Positions 36,891-47,083 of a stretch of DNA of 64,000 nt are shown one piece after another (position 1 is the stretch's first letter; each line of letters starts with the position of its first letter). The position numbers and the translations under genes were made by a program. Source of the stretch: an uncultured virus (IMG/VR IMGVR_UViG_3300042452_000440) (lineage: Duplodnaviria > Heunggongvirae > Uroviricota > Caudoviricetes); IMG/VR virus record IMGVR_UViG_3300042452_000440; one strand, 5' to 3'. The notes under the pieces are model-generated. The model saw nothing but the letters and a program-made list of their open reading frames with translations, made no database searches and was not told where the DNA came from.

Positions 36891-37235
36891 TCACTTCCGC
36901 TTTTTGGTTTTGGGTGCTTGATAACCCCAAGTCTTTGGACTGATTGTACCAAATCCAAACTCAATACTCTTTAAATTTCCACGAAACTTATCCCAGTACA
37001 TATCAAACAATTTGATTTTACTTCCTTTTGTAAGATCAAAACAAATCTTATCATCTACAAGATACTTAATGATGTAAGCATCTCTGGGTGCTTCTTTAGT
37101 GCAAACTTCTGCATAAGAACCATTTTCAACTATAATGTCACAACCGTAACGTGATTTGCAGGTTTCTTTTTCTGCTGTTGTCCAATGATCCATATGCTTT
37201 TCTGTATCTTGTGTCTTTTCAACAACTCGACTCAC
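36891..37235 (-). CDS. Hypothetical protein
   Basis: ORF with probable GTG start overlapping the upstream TGA. Confidence 0.7.
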   Translation of the reverse strand: MSRVVEKTQDTEKHMDHWTTAEKETCKSRYGCDIIVENGSYAEVCTKEAPRDAYIIKYLVDDKICFDLTKGSKIKLFDMYWDKFRGNLKSIEFGFGTISPKTWGYQAPKTKKRK

Positions 37236-37864
37236 GAACGTCCTCCCCAAATAATATCTGGGTATGCTTGTGAAACAATATCTTTTGTAATTTTATATTT
37301 TGTTTCAAGTTTTTTATCCTTTACAAGACAAACAATCTCTGCTTCCAGTGGATGAAGTCCTTGAAGAGTATTGATAAACATTGTTTCTCTACGAAGAGAA
37401 CTCAGTCCATCATTACCACCTTTTACAAAGTTATAAAACTTTTGATATTCTTTACGAATCGAAGAACGTCCTTGATCCTGAGAACCAAGAGAATTAGTTC
37501 CAAGTTCTTCCATTTTTTCTACTGCATCAGCAATCTTTTCACTCAAAGTTCCTTTGAATGAGTCCATCTCATTTACAGCAGAGTATGGAACATCCCCAGG
37601 AGGAAGTGCTGATTGAATTGTTTCGTCAAAGTTCCAAATGAACAGTGTTTTAAGTGAAGGATGAGAATACTTTTGAAGCACCTCTACCTTTTTTGCACTA
37701 GATCTTTGTTTTGAAGCAGCATTCAGGATTTCAAAAACAAAAGGATTTGCAGGAAGTTCAGGAATTGCTTCTGCGATTACTGTTGCTTTTGGTGCTGCTG
37801 GTTTTTTTGTTGCAGTAGTTTTTGCTCTACTCGTTGTCGCTGTCGTCTTCTTCGTCGTAGTCAT
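37232..37864 (-). CDS. Conserved T4-like phage hypothetical protein
   Basis: VFEIL...KVEVLQKY...LP.G.VPY...RRETMFI..LQGLHP.EA; start uncertain. Confidence 0.75.
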   Translation of the reverse strand: MTTTKKTTATTSRAKTTATKKPAAPKATVIAEAIPELPANPFVFEILNAASKQRSSAKKVEVLQKYSHPSLKTLFIWNFDETIQSALPPGDVPYSAVNEMDSFKGTLSEKIADAVEKMEELGTNSLGSQDQGRSSIRKEYQKFYNFVKGGNDGLSSLRRETMFINTLQGLHPLEAEIVCLVKDKKLETKYKITKDIVSQAYPDIIWGGRS

Positions 37865-38057
37865 GATAGTTTTCAAAGTTAAATGCGATTACTTCGTCAG
37901 GTATCAGGTTTCCCTGATGGTCAAACATTTCAGGATGTGGTCTTGGAATCTCCCGATAGTTCATCATGTATTCTCTTGCCACCCAACCTGTTACAAGTCC
38001 CACTATAAGAAACAATACGGTTAGAAAGGAACCGAATACTAGACTAACTGCTAACAT
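37827..38057 (-). CDS. Small membrane protein
   Basis: N-terminal transmembrane helix, HPEMFD.QGNL motif, acidic tail. Confidence 0.72.
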   Translation of the reverse strand: MLAVSLVFGSFLTVLFLIVGLVTGWVAREYMMNYREIPRPHPEMFDHQGNLIPDEVIAFNFENYHDYDEEDDSDNE

Positions 38058-38319
38058 CTCTTTTTCTCCGGGAAACTACTTTTTTCTTCCTTGATTTAAA
38101 GGAAAATTCAAAATAGATAGTGACTTCCCGATTTAGAAAGCAAACTATCTTCTCAAAGATAATGTGGAATGGTTGAGTCTGCTTTCTTTTCCCTCCATTA
38201 AGTATGAGTTCAATACCACGATTGAAGTGGTCTTCCTTTTTATTTATGTTCGTGTCAGACGATTTGATTTTCTTTGAGGAATTTGATTGTGTCAACGGAT
38301 CCTCCGATCTTTTGTTCAT
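38044..38319 (-). CDS. Hypothetical protein
   Basis: ORF bridging the glutaredoxin and membrane protein genes; start uncertain. Confidence 0.55.
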   Translation of the reverse strand: MNKRSEDPLTQSNSSKKIKSSDTNINKKEDHFNRGIELILNGGKRKQTQPFHIIFEKIVCFLNREVTIYFEFSFKSRKKKVVSRRKRDVSS

Positions 38320-38491
38320 TACAAATTACCTGAGGAAAAGTGGAACCTTCTCCAAACTCAGAGTAAAATTGTTGGCGTGTAAAATCTTCATCCAAAGTAT
38401 ACACGACAAAGGGTTGTTTTGTCAACTCTAATACTTGTTTAACCTTATCGCAATATGGGCAACCGATCTTTGAATAAACTGTGAAATTCAT
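38255..38491 (-). CDS. Glutaredoxin
   Basis: YSKIGCPYC, TFPQV, IGG. Confidence 0.93.
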   Translation of the reverse strand: MNFTVYSKIGCPYCDKVKQVLELTKQPFVVYTLDEDFTRQQFYSEFGEGSTFPQVICNEQKIGGSVDTIKFLKENQIV

Positions 38492-38535
38492 ATAATAAGT
38501 TTAAAATATTATATATTCTACCACAGTTAAAAGTA

Positions 38536-38564
38536 TTGACAAGACCCTGAATTTTAATTAGAAT
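38536..38564 (+). promoter_or_regulatory. Sigma70-type promoter with no downstream plus-strand ORF
   Basis: TTGACA-17 nt-TAGAAT. Confidence 0.65.
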
Positions 38565-38635
38565 AGGTTTGTTCCCGTTGAAGATGAGAATCTATAATAC
38601 TTTAAGACTTTAAAATTATCTTGCGTTTGCTTCTA

Positions 38636-39580
38636 CTAGGAATAATACGACCACTCAATAGTTATTTTACCAGGTGTAGTGACTTTTCCATAACTTTCAT
38701 CATATTTTGGATGAAATGTATCTACACCCTGACTCCAACTATTTAAAGTTCCTTCTGAAGATTTATAATAACTAGATCCACCTCCACCAGATCCAGCTTC
38801 TGGTCCGGGACAAACACTAACACATGATCCTCCTGCACCGCCACCATAATATCCACCTCCACCAGCACCACCACCATATTCATAACCAGATTGATTACAA
38901 GAACCTCCTTGATGATTAGTTCCAGGAGATGCTTGCGGAGCACTATAATTTAATCCACCAGCACCGGCAGCACTCTGAGTACCTCCTTTACCATCATAAC
39001 TTGGGTTTGTTCCTCTTTGACCATCTTGTCCTATTGATGTTCCACCCTTTCCTCCAGTGTGAGAACTTGAAAAAAATGTTCCCCCTCCACCACCAGCACA
39101 AGCAATAATAGAAGAATGATTTGAAGATGTTGAAGTAAATGAAGTTACTGGTTCATAAAATACGAACGTTCCTCCTCCTCCACCACCACCAAGTTGACCC
39201 CTATCAGTCATATTTCCACCATCACCACCTCCACCCCAAGAAGTTCCACCACTGTTAGGTTGCCCAGCCTGACCAATAACTAGTTTATATGTAGTTTGGA
39301 GATTTGAGGTATGTGTATAATCAACAAAACCTCCAGTTCCTCCCTGAGATGCTGGAACTGGTGTTGGTGTACTATTTCCAGTTCCTCCACCAGCACCCTG
39401 TAAATAAAATCTAGCTGAAACTTTTTGACTTGAAGAAGCCCAACCTGGAGGTGATGCAGAAATAACTGATGATGATGTATATGTATAAGTTGTAGTTTCT
39501 GTTATTAATGGACCTCTAACTACTGCCTGAGATCCAGAAATTGAAAATCCAAATTTATTTCCAGTAAAAATTGGAGTCAT
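38636..39580 (-). CDS. Gly-rich tip/adhesin protein
   Basis: N-terminal MTPIFTGNKFGF; GAGGG...AGGGGG...GGTQSAAG...GGGGYYGGGAG...GGGGSSY. Confidence 0.75.
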   Translation of the reverse strand: MTPIFTGNKFGFSISGSQAVVRGPLITETTTYTYTSSSVISASPPGWASSSQKVSARFYLQGAGGGTGNSTPTPVPASQGGTGGFVDYTHTSNLQTTYKLVIGQAGQPNSGGTSWGGGGDGGNMTDRGQLGGGGGGGTFVFYEPVTSFTSTSSNHSSIIACAGGGGGTFFSSSHTGGKGGTSIGQDGQRGTNPSYDGKGGTQSAAGAGGLNYSAPQASPGTNHQGGSCNQSGYEYGGGAGGGGYYGGGAGGSCVSVCPGPEAGSGGGGSSYYKSSEGTLNSWSQGVDTFHPKYDESYGKVTTPGKITIEWSYYS

Positions 39581-39583
39581 ATT

Positions 39584-40474
39584 TTAATTAAATCCTGACG
39601 GTCTTTTAGAAATACTGAACTTAGAAATAGAAGAACTAGACATCACTTTGTTCTTATATTGGGGTCTAACAAAAAATGTAGTATTAATATCACTAGAAGT
39701 TGTATTATTTAGAGAATACTGACAATCAGAATCACGAGTAAACATCAAATCGGAAATATTCACATCCCAATAATGTGGACTATCATTTCTATAAAATGTA
39801 CCAAATGTCCATCCACCACCATTATTAATGGTATCGCTAGTATCAGATGTATTAACTATTTTTAAAACTCCATCTAAAAATATATAAAAAACTCCACTTT
39901 GACGAATTATCATATAATGATACCATTGGTTTAAATTTGAAACTGTTAGATTTGCAGTCCCATTAACATTCCCCCAAGAATATTGTACATTTGCATCTCC
40001 TGCTGCACCAACATAGAAATATTGACCAGCCGTTCCACCGTTTGTTCCATTCCTAGATCCACAACTACCATAGTTATAGTCACCTATTGCCCCATAAGAT
40101 CCCCCACCATTTCCATATCCTCTCCAATTAAACCAAAAATCTAAACAAAAATTAGATGTTCCCAAACTTCCTAAAATAGAATTAGCATTACTTATGTAAA
40201 AAACATCGCACGCTGCTTGACATCTATATGATGTATTGTTTCCGGAATTATAAGTACTATCAGTTATAGAATATGGATGTGTAGATCCGTTATATGTGCC
40301 GCCACTAGTGGTGGTTAAAGAAGATGCATACCCACCAAAAAGAGTATGTGATGTTGAATTTTCATTAAACGGAACAAATAGATAAGAACTGCTTGTTTGT
40401 GAAGAAGTAGTAGTTGTAGGTGCAGTATCAACTCTACCAAAACCCATTCTAGAACCAGTAAAAACCGGTGTCAT
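39584..40474 (-). CDS. Tip protein with LamG/concanavalin-like domain
   Basis: N-terminal MTPVFTGSRMGF; NFCLDFWF...LNQWYHYMIIRQSG.FYIFLDG...ISDL. Confidence 0.7.
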   Translation of the reverse strand: MTPVFTGSRMGFGRVDTAPTTTTSSQTSSSYLFVPFNENSTSHTLFGGYASSLTTTSGGTYNGSTHPYSITDSTYNSGNNTSYRCQAACDVFYISNANSILGSLGTSNFCLDFWFNWRGYGNGGGSYGAIGDYNYGSCGSRNGTNGGTAGQYFYVGAAGDANVQYSWGNVNGTANLTVSNLNQWYHYMIIRQSGVFYIFLDGVLKIVNTSDTSDTINNGGGWTFGTFYRNDSPHYWDVNISDLMFTRDSDCQYSLNNTTSSDINTTFFVRPQYKNKVMSSSSISKFSISKRPSGFN

Positions 40475-40478
40475 AATA

Positions 40479-41321
40479 TTAAACTCCTACGTTACCTTGT
40501 CTAAATCCTCCATTCTTGGTAGCATAAACCTGGTAACTTGTTGTAGTGGTATTTGTTCCACCAGTATAATGCACAAAAAATGAAACAAAATCTCTATCAC
40601 TTGCAGTTGAAGATAGAGTGATAGTTGTGCCAGAACCAACTAATGCTCTGGTTGAAATGCCTGTGACTGCTGATCCGTTTTCATATCCAATAATAGTGCA
40701 GTTGGTTCCAATACCAGTTGTTCCAGTTGTGTTTCCTGTTCCTGCTGCGTTCTGTGTAAAGATACAAGTAATCGTTGTGCCGTTTGCATTACCTGTAAAG
40801 GCAGGCATATTCTTAAACGATACAATACCAATGTTTGCACCAGTTGGAATCGTGTAAGTATAAGTCGTTGCGTTTCTTACATCTAGTTCAAGAACTAGAT
40901 TGTTTCCACTGTTATAAGTCGTTGCGGCAGAAACAGTTTCAAGAACTCCCTTGAATTTATTTGGGTCAGAATAAACAAAAGAACTACTTCCTCTTTCCCA
41001 AGTTAAGGTCTTATCTCCTCCTGCACCACCAAAGATTGTAAATCCAGCACCGTCAGCAGTTGTGTTTGATGCTGAGGATGTGGTTCCAATACCAATATTC
41101 TTATCTTCGATTACAAGATTTACGGTATCAATGGTTGTTGTGGTCCCATCTATGGTCAGATTACCGTTGATTGTTAGATTTCCAAATGTTGAAGATCCAG
41201 TAACATTAATTGCACCAGCACCTGTAATCGCATATCCAACAGGGACCGATGCACCATAAGTTAACTCGGGTGCCGCTGTTCCTGCCCTGTTGACTAACTT
41301 ATCTGATCTAAGTCTAGACAT
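40479..41321 (-). CDS. Short fibre with C-terminal adaptor domain
   Basis: N-terminal MSRLRSDKLVNRAG; GNLTIDGTTTTIDT.NL.IED; C-domain IGIVSF...DFVSF. Confidence 0.7.
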   Translation of the reverse strand: MSRLRSDKLVNRAGTAAPELTYGASVPVGYAITGAGAINVTGSSTFGNLTINGNLTIDGTTTTIDTVNLVIEDKNIGIGTTSSASNTTADGAGFTIFGGAGGDKTLTWERGSSSFVYSDPNKFKGVLETVSAATTYNSGNNLVLELDVRNATTYTYTIPTGANIGIVSFKNMPAFTGNANGTTITCIFTQNAAGTGNTTGTTGIGTNCTIIGYENGSAVTGISTRALVGSGTTITLSSTASDRDFVSFFVHYTGGTNTTTTSYQVYATKNGGFRQGNVGV

Positions 41322-41357
41322 TAACTTATCCGATTACCAATATTATCTGTATTTATA

Positions 41358-42176
41358 TTATGAAAGTTGGTATACATCAAGTATAAAATCTGCCCCATTT
41401 GAAATAACTAAATCAACACTATCAGAAATCACAACATCCTGATACTTAGTGTACATTAACGTATCAGAACCCACAGGAGTTAAAGTTGTAGTCTCACTTA
41501 CAGTTCCAACATTTGAAATGGACATTACCTGTGCGGCAAATCCAGAAGTTCCAACAGGAGTTTCTCCATTAACATTTGTAAGACCAGAACCGTCACCATA
41601 ATACTTTGTGGCACTGATAATACCTGTTGAGGCAGTCATTGTGATGCCAGTGCCAACAGAAGAAACACCAGTGACACGGAGATTTGTGACTGATGATTCT
41701 AGAACAGTGTTCTGAACTCTTTGACTATAAGAAATAAACTCAACAATATCTCCTGCTTCTGCTGCTGTTGTGAGTGTAACAACATTTGATGAGGTTTCTG
41801 TGAAGTCGCCAGAAGGAAGACGAATACCATTTACATAAACATCAATCATTCCAGGATCATAGTTTTCGGTTAAGGTGAAAACTGATTGTGTGGATGTGAT
41901 TGTAAAAGATTGCTTGGCGACGATTGCACCACCACCAGCGATACTGATATTAACTGTGTTAGTTGTGGGATTGTAATAGAATGTATTTCCAGCATCAATA
42001 AAGTTGAGAATCGTAACACCAGTTCCGATAACGGTTCCAAGTGAATTGATTCCAACACCAGAAATTACATTCGTAAGAGAAGACCCATCACCATAAAACT
42101 TTGTAGCAGTTAAGATACCTACCTGTACATTGGTGTCAGTTGCAATACCAGGTCCAAGTATCTTTGTGAATGCCAT
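41358..42176 (-). CDS. Virion structural/fibre protein
   Basis: GILTATKFYGDGS.LT repeats, DVYVNGIRL domain, C-terminal VDL.I..G..FILD motif. Confidence 0.7.
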   Translation of the reverse strand: MAFTKILGPGIATDTNVQVGILTATKFYGDGSSLTNVISGVGINSLGTVIGTGVTILNFIDAGNTFYYNPTTNTVNISIAGGGAIVAKQSFTITSTQSVFTLTENYDPGMIDVYVNGIRLPSGDFTETSSNVVTLTTAAEAGDIVEFISYSQRVQNTVLESSVTNLRVTGVSSVGTGITMTASTGIISATKYYGDGSGLTNVNGETPVGTSGFAAQVMSISNVGTVSETTTLTPVGSDTLMYTKYQDVVISDSVDLVISNGADFILDVYQLS

Positions 42177-42193
42177 TTTAGGTTTTTAGATAT

Positions 42194-44128
42194 TTATGTT
42201 GGGTAGGCGATGAGGACGATACCGGAACCACCAGAACCACCATTATCAGTAGGACCTACATTCTGTCCACCCCCACCGCCGCCACCGCCGCCGGTGTTTT
42301 GTAATGCATTTTGATCTGGACTAAAAGTAGTTGGAGATGGATTTGAACCTCTTCCTCCGCCGCCGGCACCTCCTGCACCACCAGGAGTTCCAAAGTTTCC
42401 TCCTCCACCTCCTCCTGCGAAGTAATATGCACCACCAGGTCCAGGAGTTCCATATGACGCTATTGGATTTCTAAATGATAATGGTGCTTGAAGACCATCT
42501 CCACCATTTCCACTATTAGTGCTTCTTGGACTTCCGGCAGAACCAGCACCACCACCTCCACCACCACCTTGACTTGGTGAACATGTTCCATTTCCACCAG
42601 CATTACCAACATTAATAGATGCACCAGGATTTGGTTGAGATGGTTGCGCTGCCGACCCACCAGTTAATGGTGTTCCACTACATGTACCACCGTTACCATT
42701 TCCGCCACCTCCGGAAGCATAAGATCCAGGTGAAGGAGATCCATTATCACCAGCACCACCGCCACCAAGTGCAGTACCACCATTGAAAGTTGTTGAAGAA
42801 CCAGGAGTTGTAACATATTGCGCTTTAAATGATTTTGAACCACCGGATCCAACTGTCACTGCTAATGGTCCAGAAGATATTGACATTGCTGGATAATAAA
42901 CAAAACCACCAGCACCACCACCACCAGATGCATCATTACCGCCAGAACCTCCTCCACCAACAAGGAGAACTTCGGCAGTTAATGGTGATGTTGCATTGAA
43001 TGTTCCAGAATTTGTGAAAGTATGGATTGTCTTACCACCATAAAAACTTATAGAACCACCAGTAGCTCTCGCAGTTCCAGATGATGCAGGAAGCACATAA
43101 CGAACAACTACGATTCCAGAACCTCCGGCAGATCCACCATCTGTGTTTCTTGCATCAGATTCCCAACATCCACCACCACCGCCACCACCAGTTGACTGAG
43201 TTCCTGCAACTGCTAGTCCTTGTTTACCTCCGGATCCGCCACCACCAACACCACCAGAACCAACAACTGCACTATTTCCAGCACCTCCTCCACCACCACC
43301 AGCAAACCATTGATATTGTCCTGGTCCAGGATTTAATGCACCAATAGTAGTTGTTGCTGGTGCTGGTCCGGCAATGACAACTTGAACACCTGCACCACCG
43401 GGACCAGCAACATTACCCGACGCATTAGTCCCCGAAGATCCAGCACCACCACCACCACCTCCGCAAGTTGTAGGTCCGGCTCCTGGTTCAGCACCTGCTC
43501 CACCATTATTTCCTTGTGGTGGTGAATATGGTGGTGAGTTTCCTGTTCCACCTGCTCTGGCACCTGAGTGATTTCCTCCACCACCAGATCCTCCGGATCT
43601 TCCAACCTGAGCTTGTCCTCCACCGCCGCCACCACCATCGGCACGAATATATGTTGGTGAGGGAAAACTTACAGGAGTTGGATAAAAGTTTGATGCTCCA
43701 CCTTCACCACCTGGATATGCACTATTACTAATATTATATGGAGAAGATCCAGATCCAGCACCACCAACAGTTACAGTATATGATCCTGGTGAAATAGAAT
43801 ATGAGGAACCTGCTAATGGATGACCAGGAAGATTTGTTCTCAATCCACCTGCACCACCACCGCCTGCCATATTATTTCCACCACCGCCACCGCCACCAAC
43901 TACAAGATACTGAACAGAAGTAATAGTAGGATCAGTAACAGTGAAGGTTCCCGATGAGGTGAATATGTGAGCCCTGTATCTTGTTCCTGGTCCTGGATCT
44001 AGATAATCGCTAATGACACCTCCACTTGCACCAGCATAACCGCCTCCACCACCACTAGGAGCAGCAAGAACAGCGCCAATACCAAACTGTTTTACAATCG
44101 ATGCCAGAGAAGTAACAATAGGAGCCAT
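42194..44128 (-). CDS. Tandem two-domain Gly/Pro-rich tip protein
   Basis: Two repeats of ASGG/ATGG...HxFTxSGTF...LxVGGGG...GGSGIVxxxY. Confidence 0.8.
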   Translation of the reverse strand: MAPIVTSLASIVKQFGIGAVLAAPSGGGGGYAGASGGVISDYLDPGPGTRYRAHIFTSSGTFTVTDPTITSVQYLVVGGGGGGGNNMAGGGGAGGLRTNLPGHPLAGSSYSISPGSYTVTVGGAGSGSSPYNISNSAYPGGEGGASNFYPTPVSFPSPTYIRADGGGGGGGQAQVGRSGGSGGGGNHSGARAGGTGNSPPYSPPQGNNGGAGAEPGAGPTTCGGGGGGAGSSGTNASGNVAGPGGAGVQVVIAGPAPATTTIGALNPGPGQYQWFAGGGGGGAGNSAVVGSGGVGGGGSGGKQGLAVAGTQSTGGGGGGGCWESDARNTDGGSAGGSGIVVVRYVLPASSGTARATGGSISFYGGKTIHTFTNSGTFNATSPLTAEVLLVGGGGSGGNDASGGGGAGGFVYYPAMSISSGPLAVTVGSGGSKSFKAQYVTTPGSSTTFNGGTALGGGGAGDNGSPSPGSYASGGGGNGNGGTCSGTPLTGGSAAQPSQPNPGASINVGNAGGNGTCSPSQGGGGGGGAGSAGSPRSTNSGNGGDGLQAPLSFRNPIASYGTPGPGGAYYFAGGGGGGNFGTPGGAGGAGGGGRGSNPSPTTFSPDQNALQNTGGGGGGGGGQNVGPTDNGGSGGSGIVLIAYPT

Positions 44129-44131
44129 AAA

Positions 44132-44782
44132 TCAGTACCTTCTATATCCGCCGCTTACGTTTGAGAGTAGTTTGTAGTTAAGTGTTGATGCCGCAGAACC
44201 AACAGTATTAATGCCAGTAAAGTTAAAGACATCATAACCAGTGGTGCTTGCAGTTGCGACTGTTCCAGACACATAAGCAATGTGAGTCTGTAATCCAGCA
44301 ACAGCATTTGCACCAAACGCAACACCATTTAAGGAAACGTTCGTGCAACCATAAGCAGTTGCACCTTGCTGAACGATTACCGCAAATGAGATCGCACGAT
44401 TATCAAAAGAACTATCGGTAGGAATACCAGTTACATTCAGTGTGATGGGTCCTGTTGGGTTTGTACAGATTGCAACGTTACCACCACCAGTATTATAAAC
44501 AAGACTTACGGAGTTTCCAGATACAAGAGTTGTTTTATCTGCAATGGATGCAACTCTTAAATCCGTTAGAGTTGAAATGCCAGTATTATTAACACCAGAA
44601 ACTGAAATGCTTGGAGTTCCAGTGAGTCCTTGTGCATTGGTTGCAGTTCCTGTAAGATTTCCAGTTACATTACCACTAAAAGTCGTCGCAGTCGCAACAC
44701 CAGTTACGGTTAAACCATTAGGAAAACTGGGTGCTCCTGCCCCAGATCTATTCTTAATAGTATCAACATTTATGTTGGACAT
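44132..44782 (-). CDS. Short fibre with C-terminal adaptor domain
   Basis: N-terminal MSNINVDTIKNRSG; C-domain closely similar to that of 57642-58379. Confidence 0.72.
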   Translation of the reverse strand: MSNINVDTIKNRSGAGAPSFPNGLTVTGVATATTFSGNVTGNLTGTATNAQGLTGTPSISVSGVNNTGISTLTDLRVASIADKTTLVSGNSVSLVYNTGGGNVAICTNPTGPITLNVTGIPTDSSFDNRAISFAVIVQQGATAYGCTNVSLNGVAFGANAVAGLQTHIAYVSGTVATASTTGYDVFNFTGINTVGSAASTLNYKLLSNVSGGYRRY

Positions 44783-44812
44783 TGCACTTTATCTTTTTAG
44801 GTATTTATAGAG

Positions 44813-45061
44813 TTAAGGCAGTAACAGAGAGTCGATAACTAATGTTTTACCATCTCCAACAGTGAGATCTATACCAGTCTCAACGTGAAGATCTTTTTCT
44901 TGTGCAACAATATAAGGACCACCAGAAGATAGATTAGTATTTGAAGTGACTGTTGCAGCAGTGCTGACTGATGTAAAGATTGCTCCTGGATCTCCTGATT
45001 GTAAAGGAGATCCAACTCCGCGCTCATCACCAAATCTTGATATATCTCTTGCCTTTGTCAT
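44813..45061 (-). CDS. Small virion connector-like protein
   Basis: MTKARDIS start; C-terminal VETGIDLTVGDGKTLVID motif shared with paralogs. Confidence 0.65.
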   Translation of the reverse strand: MTKARDISRFGDERGVGSPLQSGDPGAIFTSVSTAATVTSNTNLSSGGPYIVAQEKDLHVETGIDLTVGDGKTLVIDSLLLP

Positions 45062-45079
45062 TGGAGGTTTTTTGAGTAT

Positions 45080-47071
45080 TTATGTTGGGTAGGCGATGAT
45101 GACGATACCGGAACCACCTGTTCCTGGTACTGTTGGATCATAAGTAGATCCTCCACCTCCACCACTATTCTGTCTTCCATTTTTGTTGACACCAGTAATA
45201 AGTCCAGAATCACCACCACCAGCATATGGACCGCCAGGCCCTCCGCCGCCAGATATAGTGGTTTGACCTGGGTTGTAAATACCAGTACCACCACCAGCAA
45301 ACCATCCTCCTCCACCACCTGGTCCAGGAAAACCAGCGCCAGTTGCAGTTCCAATAGTGGAAAACTGTAATCCTATTCCTCCAAAAGAACCAGATGGACC
45401 GGGAGATCCAGCACCGCCGGCACCACCACCTCCTCCGCCGACATTGGTATTGGTAGATCCACCAGCAGCGCCACCAGCATTTCCTTGACCAGGGACACCC
45501 GGACCGGGAGAACCTGATGAATTTTGATTGGATGCACCACCACCCGAACCACCAGGTCTTCCAGAATGATCTGTACTATTTGCGCCATCATTTCCACCAC
45601 CACCACCACCTTCGGTTGCGCTGTAAGGACCAGATGGGTGAGTTATAACTGTGGCAGTTCCACTATTACCTCTTTTTGGATTTATTGAATATGGACCAAC
45701 AGAAGCACCACCAGCGCCAATAGATATTGGATATGTTGTGCTGTTATTATATGTAATGGCAGCACCATTTGCTGTTTTTGTTGGAGTTGGTGATCCATAC
45801 CAAAGAAGTCCTCCGGCACCTCCTCCGCCACCATAATATCCTGCTCCACCACCACCAGCAATAATTAATGTTTCGCCAGATATTGGTCCATTTGTGACTT
45901 GGAAAGTGCCAGAACCCATAAATGTATGGTATGTCTTACCATCATAAAAACTTATAGAACCACCAGTTGCTTTTGCAGTTCCAGTAGATGCAGGAAGTGT
46001 ATAACGGACGACTACAATGCCGGAACCACCTGAACCAGAATATGTTCCAGAAGTGCTATTATTATGGCTTGTTCCACCTCCTCCACCACCAGTACTAGCA
46101 CCACCATTACCACCAGGAGATCCATTTATATTTGGAGAAGATCCAGGATTTCCTGAGTTTAATGAACTGCCGCCACCAGATCCTGTTGTTCCAGTATTAG
46201 CAGTTCCTCCCCCACCACCACCAATACCACCATTACCTGCTCTTGGTGCTGGATTATATGAACCACCACCACCGCCGCCAGCCCAATGATATCCATTACC
46301 AGAGTTAATAGATGGTGGTGAAGGTATGATATTTACTTGCGATCCTGCTCCACCATCGCCACCACCACTATAAGGAGCTCCGGGATTTCCAGATGCGGCG
46401 GATCCACCGCCACCACCACCGCCATAATATGAACCTCCACCAGCGCCAGAAGATCCAGGATTTCCTTGTGGTGGTGATGTTGGTGGACTATTGCCAACTC
46501 CTGCTGCACCTGGTTGAGTATTCGTATATCCACTACCTCCACCACCAGATCCACCAGGTTGGCCAATATTTGAGGGGTTAGAATCTCCTGCTCCTCCTCC
46601 GCCTCCACCAGTTGAAGTTATTGGACCGAAAGATGATGGAGTTCCACCATTTCCTATTGCACCATTTTGAGAAGCTTCAACTCGTGCTCCACCAGCACCT
46701 ACCGTTATTGAATAAGGTCCGGGTGATATTGGAAATGGAGATCCCGCTAATGGATGTCCAGAAAGATTAGTTCTCAGTCCACCAGCACCACCTCCACCAG
46801 CAAGGTTTCCACCACCAGCACCACCACCAGCAACTACAAGATACTCAACAGAAGTCAGAGCAGGATCAGTGACCGTAAAAGTTCCTGTTGAAGTAAAAAT
46901 ATGAGCCCGATAGTTAGTTCCACTTACATTGTAATCACTAATCACACCTCCACTTGCACCAGTATAAGTAATACCACCTCCACCACCACGAGCATAACGC
47001 CCTCGCCCTACACTTTGTTGCGAAATCTCTTGAAGGATCGCTTTAATCGCCCCAGTCGTTAATGGTGCCAT
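45080..47071 (-). CDS. Tandem two-domain Gly/Pro-rich tip protein
   Basis: Same two-repeat architecture; ends GGSGIVIIAYPT. Confidence 0.8.
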   Translation of the reverse strand: MAPLTTGAIKAILQEISQQSVGRGRYARGGGGGITYTGASGGVISDYNVSGTNYRAHIFTSTGTFTVTDPALTSVEYLVVAGGGAGGGNLAGGGGAGGLRTNLSGHPLAGSPFPISPGPYSITVGAGGARVEASQNGAIGNGGTPSSFGPITSTGGGGGGAGDSNPSNIGQPGGSGGGGSGYTNTQPGAAGVGNSPPTSPPQGNPGSSGAGGGSYYGGGGGGGSAASGNPGAPYSGGGDGGAGSQVNIIPSPPSINSGNGYHWAGGGGGGSYNPAPRAGNGGIGGGGGGTANTGTTGSGGGSSLNSGNPGSSPNINGSPGGNGGASTGGGGGGTSHNNSTSGTYSGSGGSGIVVVRYTLPASTGTAKATGGSISFYDGKTYHTFMGSGTFQVTNGPISGETLIIAGGGGAGYYGGGGGAGGLLWYGSPTPTKTANGAAITYNNSTTYPISIGAGGASVGPYSINPKRGNSGTATVITHPSGPYSATEGGGGGGNDGANSTDHSGRPGGSGGGASNQNSSGSPGPGVPGQGNAGGAAGGSTNTNVGGGGGGAGGAGSPGPSGSFGGIGLQFSTIGTATGAGFPGPGGGGGWFAGGGTGIYNPGQTTISGGGGPGGPYAGGGDSGLITGVNKNGRQNSGGGGGSTYDPTVPGTGGSGIVIIAYPT

Positions 47072-47083
47072 AACTTATACCAA

